DNA of 63,959 bases, filler included, from Ionaspis alba (GCA_964255285.1; 12 parts of 12 records of this genome joined end to end with filler, not necessarily neighbours in it), one strand, 5' to 3'. Shown: positions 48,531-61,580, counted from the whole stretch's first letter. Program-made: numbers and translations. Notes: generated from the sequence alone by a model not told the origin.

Positions 48531-48930
48531 TGTGAGCTGCTAGGGTGTTTGGGTGAATTGAACTGATCAGGAGCTAGGAAGCGGGGGCTTTCAGGTTTGC
48601 TGAAGGTCAATATCAATGCTTGGCACTGGAGGAAGGCGGAGCGGGTGATTAACCGAACAGCTTGCTCGCGTGCCAGCGTGCCAAGCTATAGCCATTGGCC
48701 AATGACATCGAACTTCTGCACTCGTGGGGCTTGTGTAACCGTTCTTAATGATATATCAAGGAATCCAACCATTATACCAGATCACTCTGTACGTTGCACA
48801 TATTCATTTCTTTGTGATCGCATTCATCAGCACAATATTATCCTTTTCCAAAACTCCGAGGATAACAACACCTTCCTCAGCACTTCGACAATCCGTTCCC
48901 CTCGTCCACAACCTCTGCACAGCTCTCCAA

Positions 48931-49369
48931 ATGTCCTCCCAACCCCTCCTACAAACCGCGCCAGGTACGCCTCCCACCGTCCCCCGGGCACATTCCTCTA
49001 TAACAAACCCTCCCTGATCCTCGCCCCTACACAGGCAAACGCATCTCCCTCCCCACCCGCGTCGAGCCCAAAGTCTTCTTCGCCAACGAACGAACCTTCC
49101 TCTCCTGGCTCAACTTCACCGTCCTCCTCTCCGCCCTCGCTGTCGGCCTGCTCAACTTCGGAGACTCGGTCGGCCGCATAAGCGCAGGCTTGTTCACGCT
49201 CGTGGCGATGGCGACTATGGTCTATGCGCTTGTGACGTTTCATTGGCGGGCGAGAAGTATTCGGTTGAGGGGGCAAGGCGGGTTCGATGATAGGGTAGGG
49301 CCGACGGTTTTGGCAGTGGCGTTGGTGGCGGCTGTGGTGGTGAATTTTGTGTTGAGGGTTGTGGGGTAG
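48931..49369 (+). CDS. VTC1: Vacuolar transporter chaperone subunit 1 (polyphosphate synthesis)
   Basis: Exons 48931-48964 and 49035-49369 give [39 protein letters not shown]...FHWRARSIR...GFDDRVGPT. Confidence 0.95.
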
Positions 49370-49688
49370 GTTGGGGTTGGGGAGGAGCAGAGGTAGTGAC
49401 GAAATGGGAGGATTTACTGGTTGGGAGTTTGTTGCTATGGGCAGGCATATTTTACTTACACAGCGTTACTGTTGGAGTAGGAGATTGTCTGGACTAAAAC
49501 CTTTCCTGGGTCAAGCAGATATGCTATGCTAAAGGGGTATCGAGCTATGCCTTTCGACAGAAAGCAAACCTAAAAAAGGCACCAAACACGCCTCATCTAT
49601 TAAGTCTGCCACCTATATGTGAGCAAGATCGAGACATTTACGTTTTGCCGCATCGTCAATACTATCGCTGCCAAGTTACTATATGGTC

Positions 49689-50538
49689 TCAGGCATTCGT
49701 CTGTTCACTTCACGTTCCAAGTCAGTGTAAGCCAACAGAATTTCCGGGTCGGAGGCACCCACCCAAACAAATCCTTGAACTCGGGTATCCGCACTCTGGA
49801 CATGTAGATCGTCATGATCGGCACCGCTCTGATCTTCTTTCGTCCCTCGATATGTTCCAGATTTGGCATAGTAGGATTTCGTCCCTTGAACTCTAGCACC
49901 TCAAATGCCTCCTCTTCATCTCCGTACTCGGCCTGCTGCAGATCCTGCGCATTCTCCTCCACCTGGTCAAGATTCTTCTCAGCCTCCGCTGTCTTCTCCT
50001 TCTCCCTCTCCCATTCTCCTATCGTCTTTCCCTCGGCCTTTCCCTTCTTCGCTTTCACTTCTTCTGTCTGACCGTGTAAGCGTGAGTACTGCCACCACTT
50101 TCCCTTGTTCTTCTGGATTTCCCTCTTGGCGATTTCCACGATCGAAACCATCTTTGAAGCAACGGGAGCCTTCGCGTGTAGGACAACAACTCCCGGTCTG
50201 GCCCTAACATCGGCGAAGCTGAACTTTTCGAGGTGAGTCAAGAGGGTGCGGGTTTTCTGCTCGATTTTGGCTGATGATATGATAGACATGGTTGTGAAAT
50301 CGTATTTTGCTTGGAGATGTGATAGGTCGGGTGGGAGAATTTGCGTAGATGGTGGAGCAACGTCTTTGCTAGAGGATTTCGGGGAAGGTTGAGGATAAGT
50401 AGGAGTTCGCTGGAATTGTGGGGCTTGATCGGCGGTGATCGTGGACGAAGCCTTGGATTTAAGGCGCTTATGAGGAGGTCGAGCTTCAGAGTCGCGAGAC
50501 ATTTGTTTAGTTGCAGGGGTGGGCTTCGTTGCGATCAT
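49689..50538 (-). CDS. Alba-like DNA/RNA-binding domain protein
   Basis: Contains SIISSAKIEQK, VVVLHAKAPVASKMVSIVEIAKREI..WWQY and PIMTIYMSRVRIPEFKDLFG|EQTNA*. One intron lies near the 3' end. Confidence 0.75.
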
Positions 50539-51963
50539 TGTGCACGTTGACTTCGTAAAGAAGTGGGAGGTAGCAACGTCGATAGAGGTCGGAAGGATGA
50601 GAGGGAGGTAGAAACAATGCGAATGTAGGTTTCCGAGGATTCGATGGTAGTCGATAATATTTGATCTCCCTGAGTCGGCTCGGAGCAAAGTGAGAAACAA
50701 ATAGCTGGGCTAGTTTCGTGATTTCAGAGACGGTAACGACTGAAGTGCAACCTGCTCGTTTGGGCGGTGGCTCAATACTATCTGCACGTGTAGGTGGTAG
50801 ACGGGTTTTCCTCGAAAGGTATCATGGCTCTGTTAAAGTAAGCGATGGCAGAGAAGACGTAGTGAACCTAGCTGACGAGCAAAGCATGACCGTATGATAG
50901 CGCAATCCTATATGATTATTTTCGAGGTCAACAACGCGTTCTCATAAGAACATGGAAGATTCGAGGATCGGCAATAACTGCTGTAAACGTTAAGTCCGAA
51001 TATCCGCTCCTAGGCCGTTTCATACGTGAATATGTGACGAGGATTTAGCTACTCGTACGTATAGAACAAGTAAACTCCCCCATTAGACGTCTTGAGAAGC
51101 AGGTAGTCGTGAGGACATTCCAATCATATTACCNNNNNNNNNNNNNNNNNNNNNNNNNNNNNNNNNNNNNNNNNNNNNNNNNNNNNNNNNNNNNNNNNNN
51201 NNNNNNNNNNNNNNNNNNNNNNNNNNNNNNNNNCCAACGAATCGAAACAGTCAGTGGCGCCTGTCCCAAGATACAAGATACACCAAACTTGGCCCTTGAC
51301 CTGCAAGTTCCCACCCATGTTGCCGATCGATCCATGTTCGCATCCCCTTACACCCACCCGTAATTCTGTCGGCAAGCTCTCCCCAATGGGGCTGCCCGTC
51401 CAGTAATCCAAGTCATCCACTCATTCCCTAATCTCTATGTAGACGTCAGTCCTTCTTCCTCCCCAACATCGTCTCCTCTTCCCTAAACTCCCCCTGCGAC
51501 TAACCATCCTCCTCCCTCCCATCCGCGATCCAGCGGTACCAGAACAACTTCTTTTCCTTCTTTCTCGGTCTCTTCACTCTCTGCTGGACCAATAGCAGGC
51601 CTTCGAACCATTTGTCGCGTTATTGCGACGTTTGTAATCACCCTTTTGTTATACATCCCGTTCTATCCTTGGCTTCCCTATTCGCGAATGCGCCAGAACA
51701 CCCATACGCCATTCACGACCTATTGACGCCATCTGAGGCCTCCTATACGTCCTCTATATCGATTCACTCGAGCAACATTCATTCTTGTTGCGCTGTGCGC
51801 AAGTCTTTTCGCCATTTCCACTCAATCCAACCCGCGCAGACCTCGCCTCCTACCCGCGATTCTGCCCCAATACTAGCTTATAGTGCGCCCACCTGGTGGC
51901 GACCTCAAGAAATCTACGAACCAGCAGGTCGCTCCACTTCAACGATCTGCCACGTCATATGGC

Positions 51964-53441
51964 ATGTTCCGAATACTCCCATGGAATCTAGGAGTGAAGA
52001 ATGGAAGCGGAACAACAGGAGAAGGAAAGCAGGGGAGTCCTGAAAGGCAAAAGTCCTTGGCTACAACGCTTTACCCAGCTCAAAACAAAACGAAGAGAAA
52101 GCGGAGAAGCAGTCAGGAGTCTGCCACGTCCGCCAAACCCGCGAAGAGAAAGCCGGAATATTACATGAGCCACGTAGAGATCCCTAGAGATTACAGTGGT
52201 AACAACAACATGGCACGTGAAGTACGACAAGAAAACAACACTGCCACAGGGACAGACGCGGAGAAAGTGGTATATAAAGTCAACGGTGCAACGGATTCAA
52301 ACGTAGAACATGGGCAAGAGAACATGGATTTTGCAGCACAAACGCCGGGCGGTCAAGATGTGGATGCCGAGAAATCACTAAACCCCGACGTGGACATGGT
52401 TGACGCTGCAACTCTGACAACGCTGCAACAAACGATCGAATCTGAATTCAATCTTGAAATTCTCCTCAAGCATAGAGAATTGCTTCTGATCGAACAAGAA
52501 CTCGCCAAATGTCAGATCGCACTCGAACAGCTTCGTCGCTGCCAACTTCTTCCGTATCCAGCATTCACAGGCAACATCGACGACATGTTAGCCGTCAGTG
52601 GTGGTGTTGATGCACCAAGCAACGTACGTACCGACGGGACCTCGTCTGCTCTACCAGCTCCATATGGCGTCACAAATGGTCCATACTCGCGTCATTACGC
52701 TAGGTGGTTGATCCCGGATGCTGTTTTTGACGGTGCTACTGAGGAGTCGACAGCCACGTCCATTGCAGGGAAGACTGTACCTTCGGCATTGACACGCAAT
52801 TCCAAGGCGGAACAAGCTACTGCGTCAAAGTCTCGTACCCAGCGAGGCTCGGGCGCTTCAAGATTGCAAGCCCTCCCAGCTGGCTACCCAGAACCCAAGG
52901 AAGAAAAAGGTCCGATGATCTTGAAGCGTGCTAGCGATGGCAAGATGGTGAAGCTGGTTTGCCTCGACTGTCGACGTGAAAACTTCAACAGCGCGCAGGG
53001 TTTCATCAATCACTGCAGAATCGCTCATGGTCGTGGGTTTGCAAGCCACGAAGCTGCAGCTTTGGCAAGTGGCGAAGAGGTCGAGTTCGACGAAGCTGGC
53101 GGCGTCATTCCTGACAACAACGCCGTCAACCCAGCGACTGCAGGTCTGGTCCACCCTCTCATTAGATCCGCGCATGTAACCGCGACGACGTCGTCTTCTG
53201 CTTCCACAAAGCGGAAGAAAGCAAACATAAAACCCATCACAACCGACATCGTTCCTGATAACACATTTTTTTTAATGATAGGTCTACCAACTAGATCTAC
53301 ACCCACTACTACCCCTTTCTTCGAACAATTTTCCCAAACCCCCTTTGTCCCCTCCACCAGCGCACCCCGTCTTTCCGCGCTCTTCGCCCTCCGCGGCCAC
53401 GGCGGCGACCTCAACAACCTTATCACCCAAACAACAACAAC
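51964..53441 (+). CDS. AHC1: ADA histone acetyltransferase complex component AHC1-like, with C2H2 zinc finger; 3' truncated
   Basis: Contains IESEFNLEILLKHRELLLIEQELAKCQIALEQLRRC, PYGVTNGPYSRHYARWLIPD and LVCLDCRRENFNSAQGFINHCRIAH. Confidence 0.8.
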
Positions 53442-54731
53442 NNNNNNNNNNNNNNNNNNNNNNNNNNNNNNNNNNNNNNNNNNNNTTAATTAATTAANNN
53501 NNNNNNNNNNNNNNNNNNNNNNNNNNNNNNNNNNNNNNNNNGAATGCGAATTGCATTGGCCGAAATTATGTGGTAGTAACCACTTTCTCAGCTACACTGC
53601 ATGTGAAACCTCAAACACAAGAACGGTGACACTGATGCCACCTATGATTCTTTCTCTACTGCAATACTCTAGGCTAAGCCCATAATTCTACTGTTATGCT
53701 CGCTAAATGGTTAAAGTATAAAAAAAAACAATGTAACATGTCAATCGGCCCATCTACGAAGAGACTTTAACCCTAGGCACCTGACCCTTTACTTACCCTT
53801 CAAGCCTAGCTCGACATGAAGGTCAAGAGCCTCATTGATATCCTGCTTCCCACTCACATTTCCCTTAGCAGCACAGATAGCAGAAAGACGAGTTAACTAG
53901 GCTTTTGTGGACAACATAAATTATCATGTTGTCCACACCCTAAAAGATAATCAATGGTAGCTGTTGGAGGAACAAGGAAATTCTCTATCACAACCAGAGG
54001 TAGTCTTGAAGGATGGCCGGACTGCTCGGGGTCGACGTCGATCTAATGAGAGACCTGGACAACTCAGGTAAAACAGCCGGAAGATGATTATTATCATAAA
54101 GAGATCACGCGGTCAGTTACAGCCTCCTGAAGGATCGAGGCACGGCGAACACCGTTGAAGTCCTCAATAGAGAGAATTTACACTCAAGATACATGACAAG
54201 TAGAAAGCTCAGTCAAATTTGAGGACGATAGAAGCAGTAAATGGCCAAAAGTAGAAAGGTTTACGGTGCTTGGAGCACAGCATCACGGAACATGGTGAGC
54301 GATAAAATGTAAAACCTGCGTATCATGGCCATCAGAGGGTGGAAGGCGAACTTGCCTGTCACGGCGAGCATGATTGAAGGTCTAGAGATGATGTTGCTCA
54401 TGAACACTAAACCAGAAGAAGTTGGGCTAGCCTTGGCATCACTCTCGGTCCAGGAGGATCTTGTGCGGCCCACCATCCTGCCTGCCTGATGGGAGCTGTA
54501 GGAGTGTATTGGGCTGAGGGAGGTTTGGATGAGTTCTGACAGTATCCAAGATTTTGTAACTTTCAGGTCTATCATATAATCGGCAGAGGTCATCCTTTCG
54601 GGTGGACGTCTTTCCAATCTTCTTGTCATCTGCCCGCTGTTGTCATGGGTTCAGTATGTTGATCTTGTTGCTGGGCTTTAACGTCGACGATTTATGTATT
54701 CATTTGCAACCGTCGAGCACCTGCATTGGCT

Positions 54732-56889
54732 ATGGCGTCAAGAAAGCAAGGAGGCTACCATGTTCCCGGCTTTGGACTGCCGTTGAAATGGCAGCAGTGT
54801 TATGGAGAACAGCAATGGGTTGAGCATACGCACAATACTTTCCTCGAGTCTGCTCTCGATGGATCGGAAGGAGCGTACGAGAATCATCCCACATATGATG
54901 CCGACATGGTATAGCTGATTCGATTGCAGAGGGAAGGGGTTTGATCCATTGACGGTTCCAGAACGGATCATGCTATCTTTGATGAACGAGATCACGGATC
55001 TTTCTGATTGGGACAGCAAGGTCTATGAAGCCGATTTTGTTGAGGATTGGAAGAAGGAGATGCTTGAAAGAGAGAATGTCACGCAGCAGATGGTGGACTG
55101 GGTACGCGACTTTACTGCGATGAGATGTAACTTTGGACAACCCCACTGAAAGACACCATAAGTGTATCCAAGAGGTACGGCACAATGCGAAATGGTCCCA
55201 CGACGGAAATCCTCCGCCTGCACTAGATCGAGGTGTCTACAAGTCAGACACTCACATTCCGCTTGGCACAAAAGAACGACTCTCGGCAGCGGCATCTCGA
55301 CTCGATCACGACCCTGACGTCCGCAGACACATTGCAACAGGTTCAGACAGGCAGAGATCTAGCACTGTAGATCCCTACTTATATCCACTCATTTTTGGAG
55401 CAACAAGTGTTTTGAGAGATGGTATGATCTCGAGGGGAGACATTATAGAACATTACGGCGAAGGACGGCTTGCTCGCCTGGGTCGAAATAAGGACAGTGA
55501 GCTTCGAGGACGTCGCTGCTATGTCAACGAAAATGCTTGGTCAATACGCTACCAATGGCTTCCCTGCGACATCAGCTTGGACAACCATGTGCAATTTGTC
55601 AAGTAGGTGCTCCTTACCTGGTAGAGTATCAATCATGCTGACACCCTTCTAGAATCAAGAGTTACATCAACAATGTGCATCCACGCAATCATGAAGATTT
55701 TTACATCGCGGCTGAAGGATTTATCTACCATGCTTTTCCACTTCTCAACATGTCTCTTTCCAGCCTCAAAGCCCCTCATCGCCTATGGGAACCTCGCATT
55801 ACACCTGTAGAAAGTGCCGGCTTCCTCAATTGGGAACCAGGTCCTTATCGCTCCCCACTTGAGAGAAGAAACGATCATATATGGCCAAACATTCCAGGTA
55901 CTCGGGAGTCGTTGTTCACCGATCTCCAGAAAGAGTTCTGGGATGTCGGTCTACAGGGCGTTTTCGAACTTTCAAGCATAATCCTGACCCCATCGAACCC
56001 TAATTATGAAGGCGAGGAATGGCATGTCGTAGGCCAAATGGTATGCTTGGAATTTTTCCCACGTTGAAGTACCTTTGACGAAGTTTCCCTTCATAGAACG
56101 AAAGGATCTGTGCTACAGTGATGTACTTCTACTCTTGCCATAACATGTCCTACGCATCGATCTCCTTCCGCCAAAAAGTCACCAACGAGATTCCTATGGA
56201 TCAAAATACCTTCGCCGAGACGACTGCTGAAACGGAAAAGCTTTATGGAATCAAGGATCAAGAACCAATGCTGCAACACATGGGAGACGTCCTGATCCGA
56301 GAAGACCGAGCCATCTCTTTTCCAAACGTAGGCACTTCTATCCTTTCAAGCCGCCACTACTGCGCCAGGAGCTGACACCGTTAGACCTTCCAAACACGAA
56401 TCAATTCCTTCAACCTAGCCGACAACTCTTGTCCCGGACATTGCAAGTTCTTGACATTCCATTTAGTCGATCCGACTAGGCGGATGATGTCAACTGCGTT
56501 GGTCCCTCCACAGAGACGGGATTGGTGGGCTGCTGAGCTACGGCGGACGGTACCGGTATTTTATCGACTGCCTCTGGAGGTCTTTAATAATATCATTGAT
56601 GTAAGAACGCTTATTTCTGCTGCTTCGAACCTTCTTATGTGTGAAATAGACTAACAAAAGGCTTAGTCCGTAGAAGGATATCCTCTGTCAATAATAGACG
56701 CCGAGAAAGTGAGGAAGAGTTTCTTGGCGGAAAGAGCTACATTGTGAGCGCTTCCCTAGTTGTATATGACGTGCCGAGAACGATCTAACAGTATATAGTA
56801 CGAGGAAGCATACAGCCGCAATGATGAAGCCGAAATTCAACTTAATGACGGAGGCAAGGAGGCACGAAGAAGCGATGGGCTATCATTGA
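54732..56889 (+). CDS. DUF4246-family protein, 8 exons
   Basis: Exons 54732-54874, 54930-55101, 55163-55602, 55653-56040, 56097-56327, 56385-56600, 56667-56743 and 56799-56889 splice in frame: VPGFGLPL..ERIMLSLMNEITD..YQWLPCDI..SYINNVHP..WHVVGQM|NERICAT..LVDP..VPPQRRDWW. Confidence 0.85.
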
Positions 56890-57106
56890 ACGCCCAGGTC
56901 GACAGAGCAGCGAAGCAAGTGAATCAAGAGCACGATAGGGACTCCAATTTTGCGCTGCAGTTGTTCAATCATTGATTGAGCAGAGTTGATTAACATAATT
57001 TACATGTCCAAGGCAGAATCGAGTCTCTCAGCTGGCATATCCAGCTCCAGAGAAAGTGTTCATCCCAAAAGCGCCGACTCTTTCCATCAATCCCTTTTCA
57101 TGACAT

Positions 57107-58730
57107 TCATAGCCTAGCCTCCCTCAGCCTGACCTTGACCCCATTCCCACTACAGCTCGTCAACGACAAATTATGCTTCACCACAGTCTCCGTCTCGCAA
57201 TTCTCCATAGCATCGAAGCGCTGCAGCATCCGCACAATCACGTACGAAGCCTCTGTCAAGGAGAATTGTTCTGCGACAACAGTTAGCATCGCTTTTGAAG
57301 TAAAATCACCCCAACACAAGACTCCTCATCTGTCGATCAAGGATATGACTCACGTCCAAGACAAATCCTCGGCCCACCATTGAAGGGCAAATACTCCCAA
57401 CCCGGCTTCCTCCCCACCCACCTCTCCGGCTTGAACTCCTCCGCATCATCCCCCCATAGCGCCTTCCGATGATGCATCACATGCACCGAGTAATCCACTT
57501 GCTGATCCTTCCTTATGAAAATCTTGCTCATCCCATCCGGACCACCTCCTCTCGGTATTGTCGTATCTCTAACCGCCCTCCGCGAATTGACCGGTACGAC
57601 CGGATACAAGCGCAAGGTCTCATTGATGACATGTTGCAAGTACTGGCAGTTCTTGAGACTCGCAAAGGTCAGCTCCGCGGAATCCGTGTAGGTCCCAAAG
57701 TCCTCAAGAATCGTCGCACGCAGCTTCTTGTAAGCATCCGGATGCCTGACCAGGATGAAAAACGTCCATCCCAGCAGCGAAGCAGTCGTATCTCTGCCCG
57801 CCAGCAAGATATTCAACAGCTGCGACCTCAACTCAATCGGATCCCTCGTCTCCTGCACCAGCGCATCAAGGAAAACATATTTATCCTTGCGCACAATATT
57901 CCCCTTCTCGAGTTCCTTCTCCTTCAGCTCTTTATTTAGTGCCAGCTTGACAAAATAATCTATAAAATCATGCACCTGCTTGCAACTCCGCCGGAACTCC
58001 GCATTGTCCATCAGCCAGTACTTATCCATGAACCGGGCCCTACTCGCCAAATATTTCTGGCTAAGATCAAACGAATACGCAAATTGCTTTTCGTCGCGAG
58101 TCGCCCCACCCTTAGGCGGTACGCCAGCGCTGGAGGGCAGAGCAGCGAGCTGGGAGTCGACGGATTCACCGAACAGGAACTCGCAAGCCGAATCGAGCGT
58201 CAGTCTGAAGAACAGGACTTGCAAATCCACTTGGGCCGTCCAACCGGAACTGTCGACCGGAAGTGCCCTCATCATATTCTGGACATGATTTTCCTCGAGT
58301 TCCAAATCCGAGACCTGATCTCTCGCAAATTGCGGTCTCATCATCGTCCTCGAATGTTCCCACCCCTTCCCATCAAGTGTAAAAATGCCATTCCCCAGCA
58401 GCGGGAAAAACACATTCCGCCTCAGTGGCCCGAGATAGAAATCGTGGAATTGCGTCGCCAGAATGGCCTGTACATTCTTCGGGTCCGCGGTCATGATACC
58501 CGTGACGCCCAGAACAGTATACTGGTGTGTTCTGTCCCCCATTGCCGCATACCGGTCGTTGATCAGAGTGGTGAATTGCATAACGCGGTCCGCTTGCAAG
58601 GATTCCCAGAGCTTGTCCAGCCCGAACCACCATCGATTGGGCTGGACGGGTGGAGGAAGGCAGCCCAGACGAGCGGCTTCGGCGGCATAGCGTCGTTCGC
58701 GGATGAATCTGTTGACGGTGCTGTAGAGGA
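57107..58730 (-). CDS. Cytochrome P450, CYP52-clan alkane/fatty-acid hydroxylase-like; 5' truncated
   Basis: Has LLGNGIFTLDGKGWEHSR, I-helix AGRDTT, ETLRLYP, PERW and the heme motif FNGGPRICLG|QQFSLTEA. One intron lies at about 57271-57353. Confidence 0.93.
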
Positions 58731-59215
58731 NNNNNNNNNNNNNNNNNNNNNNNNNNNNNNNNNNNNNNNNNNNNTTAATTAATTAANNNNNNNNNNNNNN
58801 NNNNNNNNNNNNNNNNNNNNNNNNNNNNNNCGAACCCGGACAGTTGACACACTGGCGATAACGGGTGCAAAGAAGTGGGGGGCAAGGCTATATGCAATGT
58901 TAAGAAGTTCGTGGTAACAAATTGCAAGCAGCCAAGTCGCAAAATGGCACTGTTGAAAGAATCCAGCTTTCAGGTAGGGGGGGGGGGCTAAGCAACCACA
59001 AGCGAGGCTTTCCGAACCCGAGCTGGTCTGTTGCTATGATTCACGTCTGTGGCAGCAGACATGAAAGATTCTGCGATTCTGCGAATCCGAGAGGTCGATC
59101 GGTCATCGAAGGGTGGTGGTGGTGGTGGAACGGTTGAAATATCAAGCTTTGTTCGATCAGCTAGAGCAGACGCATGTCGGTATGTGAGACGCAACTGGTT
59201 TCAATGGCTCGTCGA

Positions 59216-61580
59216 CTAACCTCGTGGATCTCGAGCGACGCGACTCAAGGTCCGCTCTGGCAAGGTCGTAGAAATGGAGGAATGAGTGGATGAGCCGCTG
59301 GCGTGGTCAAAATTATGATCTCGCAAGGCGGTGGAGTACTTCGGTTCCTTCAAGAATTTGGGAACAGAATCCTGGAACAGATGTCAGCACTGGTTACGCT
59401 TGCGGGACGGTTTTCGGATCTCACGCTCGACATGAGTTTGAAGACGGATTGTTGAGCTTCTTTGAAGAGCGCAACAACTTCCTGTAAGCTTTTAAGCATT
59501 ATTGCTTCGTCATCTCCGACAGCTCGAGTCATCCGTCCAGCCAGGTTGTTTCGGAGATTGTGGTCTATATTGAGCTCACACGGAGAGCCAGGTGCGAGGA
59601 AGGCGTTGTAAAGTCCTGCAAGAGATCGTCAGTCAATAGCTCGTGGCCGAGGACGGTTTCTTCCCAAGGCTTACTGTATGCTTCCGCGAGACTCTCTTTG
59701 ATGGCATCCGGTCTTCCGAAAGCTTTTGCGCGCTCGGCATTGTCGTAGCTGTTGGTGAACTCGCAGACCTCGAGATAGAAAGCAAGATTTTCCTCGCAAT
59801 GTGTGTCTCTCAAGAATTCCCGGAATAAGAGGCGCAACGCGGCATCGTTGACGATGACCGTTAGCCGATGGTTGTTGGAGTCTCGGGGTCCGTTGCGGCC
59901 ATCGAATCTAAGACTGGTACCGCTACTCTTGGAGACTGTCTCGCCTCGGTTGTCGCCATTTGGTATATTCTCCCGGGAGATCCATCCAGCCACGATTTGT
60001 CCTTTTTCTGTAAGACCATAGATAGAATTCTTGGTCGGCTGGAACCTTCCTGCGCCAGGGTTCTGGTGTGCGTACACCTTGTCTTCTAGTGCAGGCCATA
60101 TCAAACCATGTTGTACAAAAAGGTCGGCAATTTCATAAGTTTCCCGACGATCCACGGTTGTGCAGCAGTCCAAGAGCCAATCCACGGCAGCTTTGCCGGT
60201 AAAAGTACTCATCACGACGCGATCCCCGATTTTCCTTTCCTTGGTCATCTTGACTCCGATCAAACCATTGTAATAGTCATTCAAAGAGTCGGAATCGGAA
60301 TTGGACGTGGCAGGCTTGAGGTTGGGACCATCTTGTCCCGCGAACCTACGAAAGATAACCTCCACCGTAGCTCGATCATGTGAAAGTTTGTCCGTTGCTA
60401 CGTCTCTTTCCAGGACGACCAATTGCATACTATTTCGGGGGGAGTCCATGACGTCGAGGACATGCCTCTGACTGATACCGTTGCGCTGACAGAAGCTGGC
60501 CAAGACATGCATACCTTTGGGTGTGAGCTGCCACACCGCGCCTTTCAGCGGGAAGGCACCCACGGGTTTGCCGTCTGCAGGTTCAATGAACCGCGCATCT
60601 GCGAATCTTTGACACACCGATCTCGCCATTTCCTTGGCCATTGAAAAGGTTGTGGTAGTAGTTGTGGTTACGATTCGGGAGGGATCCTTTGGATCGGGCA
60701 TCCGATTGGATTGCGAGAATTTGAGGGATCCCAGGTTGTTGATTGCTTCCTCGGAAGTAAAAGTATGCTCAATCTTTTGAAAGCGTACCCTGTGGGGGGT
60801 CAACGGAAGACTGACCATGAGTGTGGAGAAGAGGTCCTTGAAATCTCGAGTAAAGGGTCGTTCTTCGTCCGTCATCCGGAGAAGTCGTGAAGAGGTCTGG
60901 TGCATTTTGTTGAAGGCTCCGGTAGGATAGTTCTCGGAGAGACTGTGGGGTGAGGGAGAGGGACTTCGGTCAAGTAGTCTTCGTTGGTCTGACGAAATAT
61001 GATCCGGCGAAAGTCGATCCAGAGTGATTTTGGGAAGCTCGTGATCGAGTTTCGTAGATGTCTGATCGTCGGGCAAAGTAGAGCCCGACGAAGTATGTGT
61101 TTTTCTCGGCGATTGCGACGTGGACTTGGGCTCTCCTCGACTCGGTCGATGCAGAGTTTTGGTCAGTGTATTCGTCGACTGTTGTCTCGAGTGGTGGTTC
61201 GCCGGAGAATTGGACCGAAGCGAGGTCGACGAAGGACGAGATCGGACGGCAAGGCTCGACAAGACACTGGTAGTCTTCTCTCTTGCGATGGTCGCAAAGG
61301 ACAACCGATTGTTGCGCGACAGCGGCTCTGGCGTGAAGCTTTCGCTGTTGCGAGAAGGGACGATGACCGGCAAGGATGAATCGGTCAAGGCGAGGTGGGA
61401 TGAGCGAGTAGCCGTCAGCTTGGGCAGTGATGCTGACGTTCCGTTCGCAAAGGGGTCGGCTGGAGAGGAAGGGGAGGACAAGGAGGAGGAGGAGGAGGGT
61501 GAGAGAGGAGAGGCGGTATTGGTGGTAGTTGAAAGAGAGGAATTGACGGCCGGTGGAAGGACGATTGAAAGGGCCGTCAT
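59216..61580 (-). CDS. flbA: Regulator of G-protein signalling FlbA/Rgs1 (two DEP domains + RGS)
   Basis: Contains SFATIAREKT, MHQTSSRLLRMTDEERPFTRDFKDLF, FSQSNRMPDPKDPSRIVTTTTTTTFSM and RGS LFREFLRDTHCEENLAFY..LYNAFLAPGSPCELNIDH..LMSS|DSVPKF. Two 3' introns. Confidence 0.95.

Noticed and set aside
8670..58730. Secondary-metabolite cluster (flavoenzyme, OYE, Zn2Cys6 TF, SDR, P450)
   Set aside because: The genes sit on different contigs joined artificially, and no PKS, NRPS or terpene synthase is present.
5339..58830. Regularly spaced TTAATTAATTAA as a biological repeat or CRISPR-like array
   Set aside because: It is always embedded in exactly 44+44 Ns and cuts genes, so it is an assembly linker. 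ORFs ending in X...LIN are artefacts.
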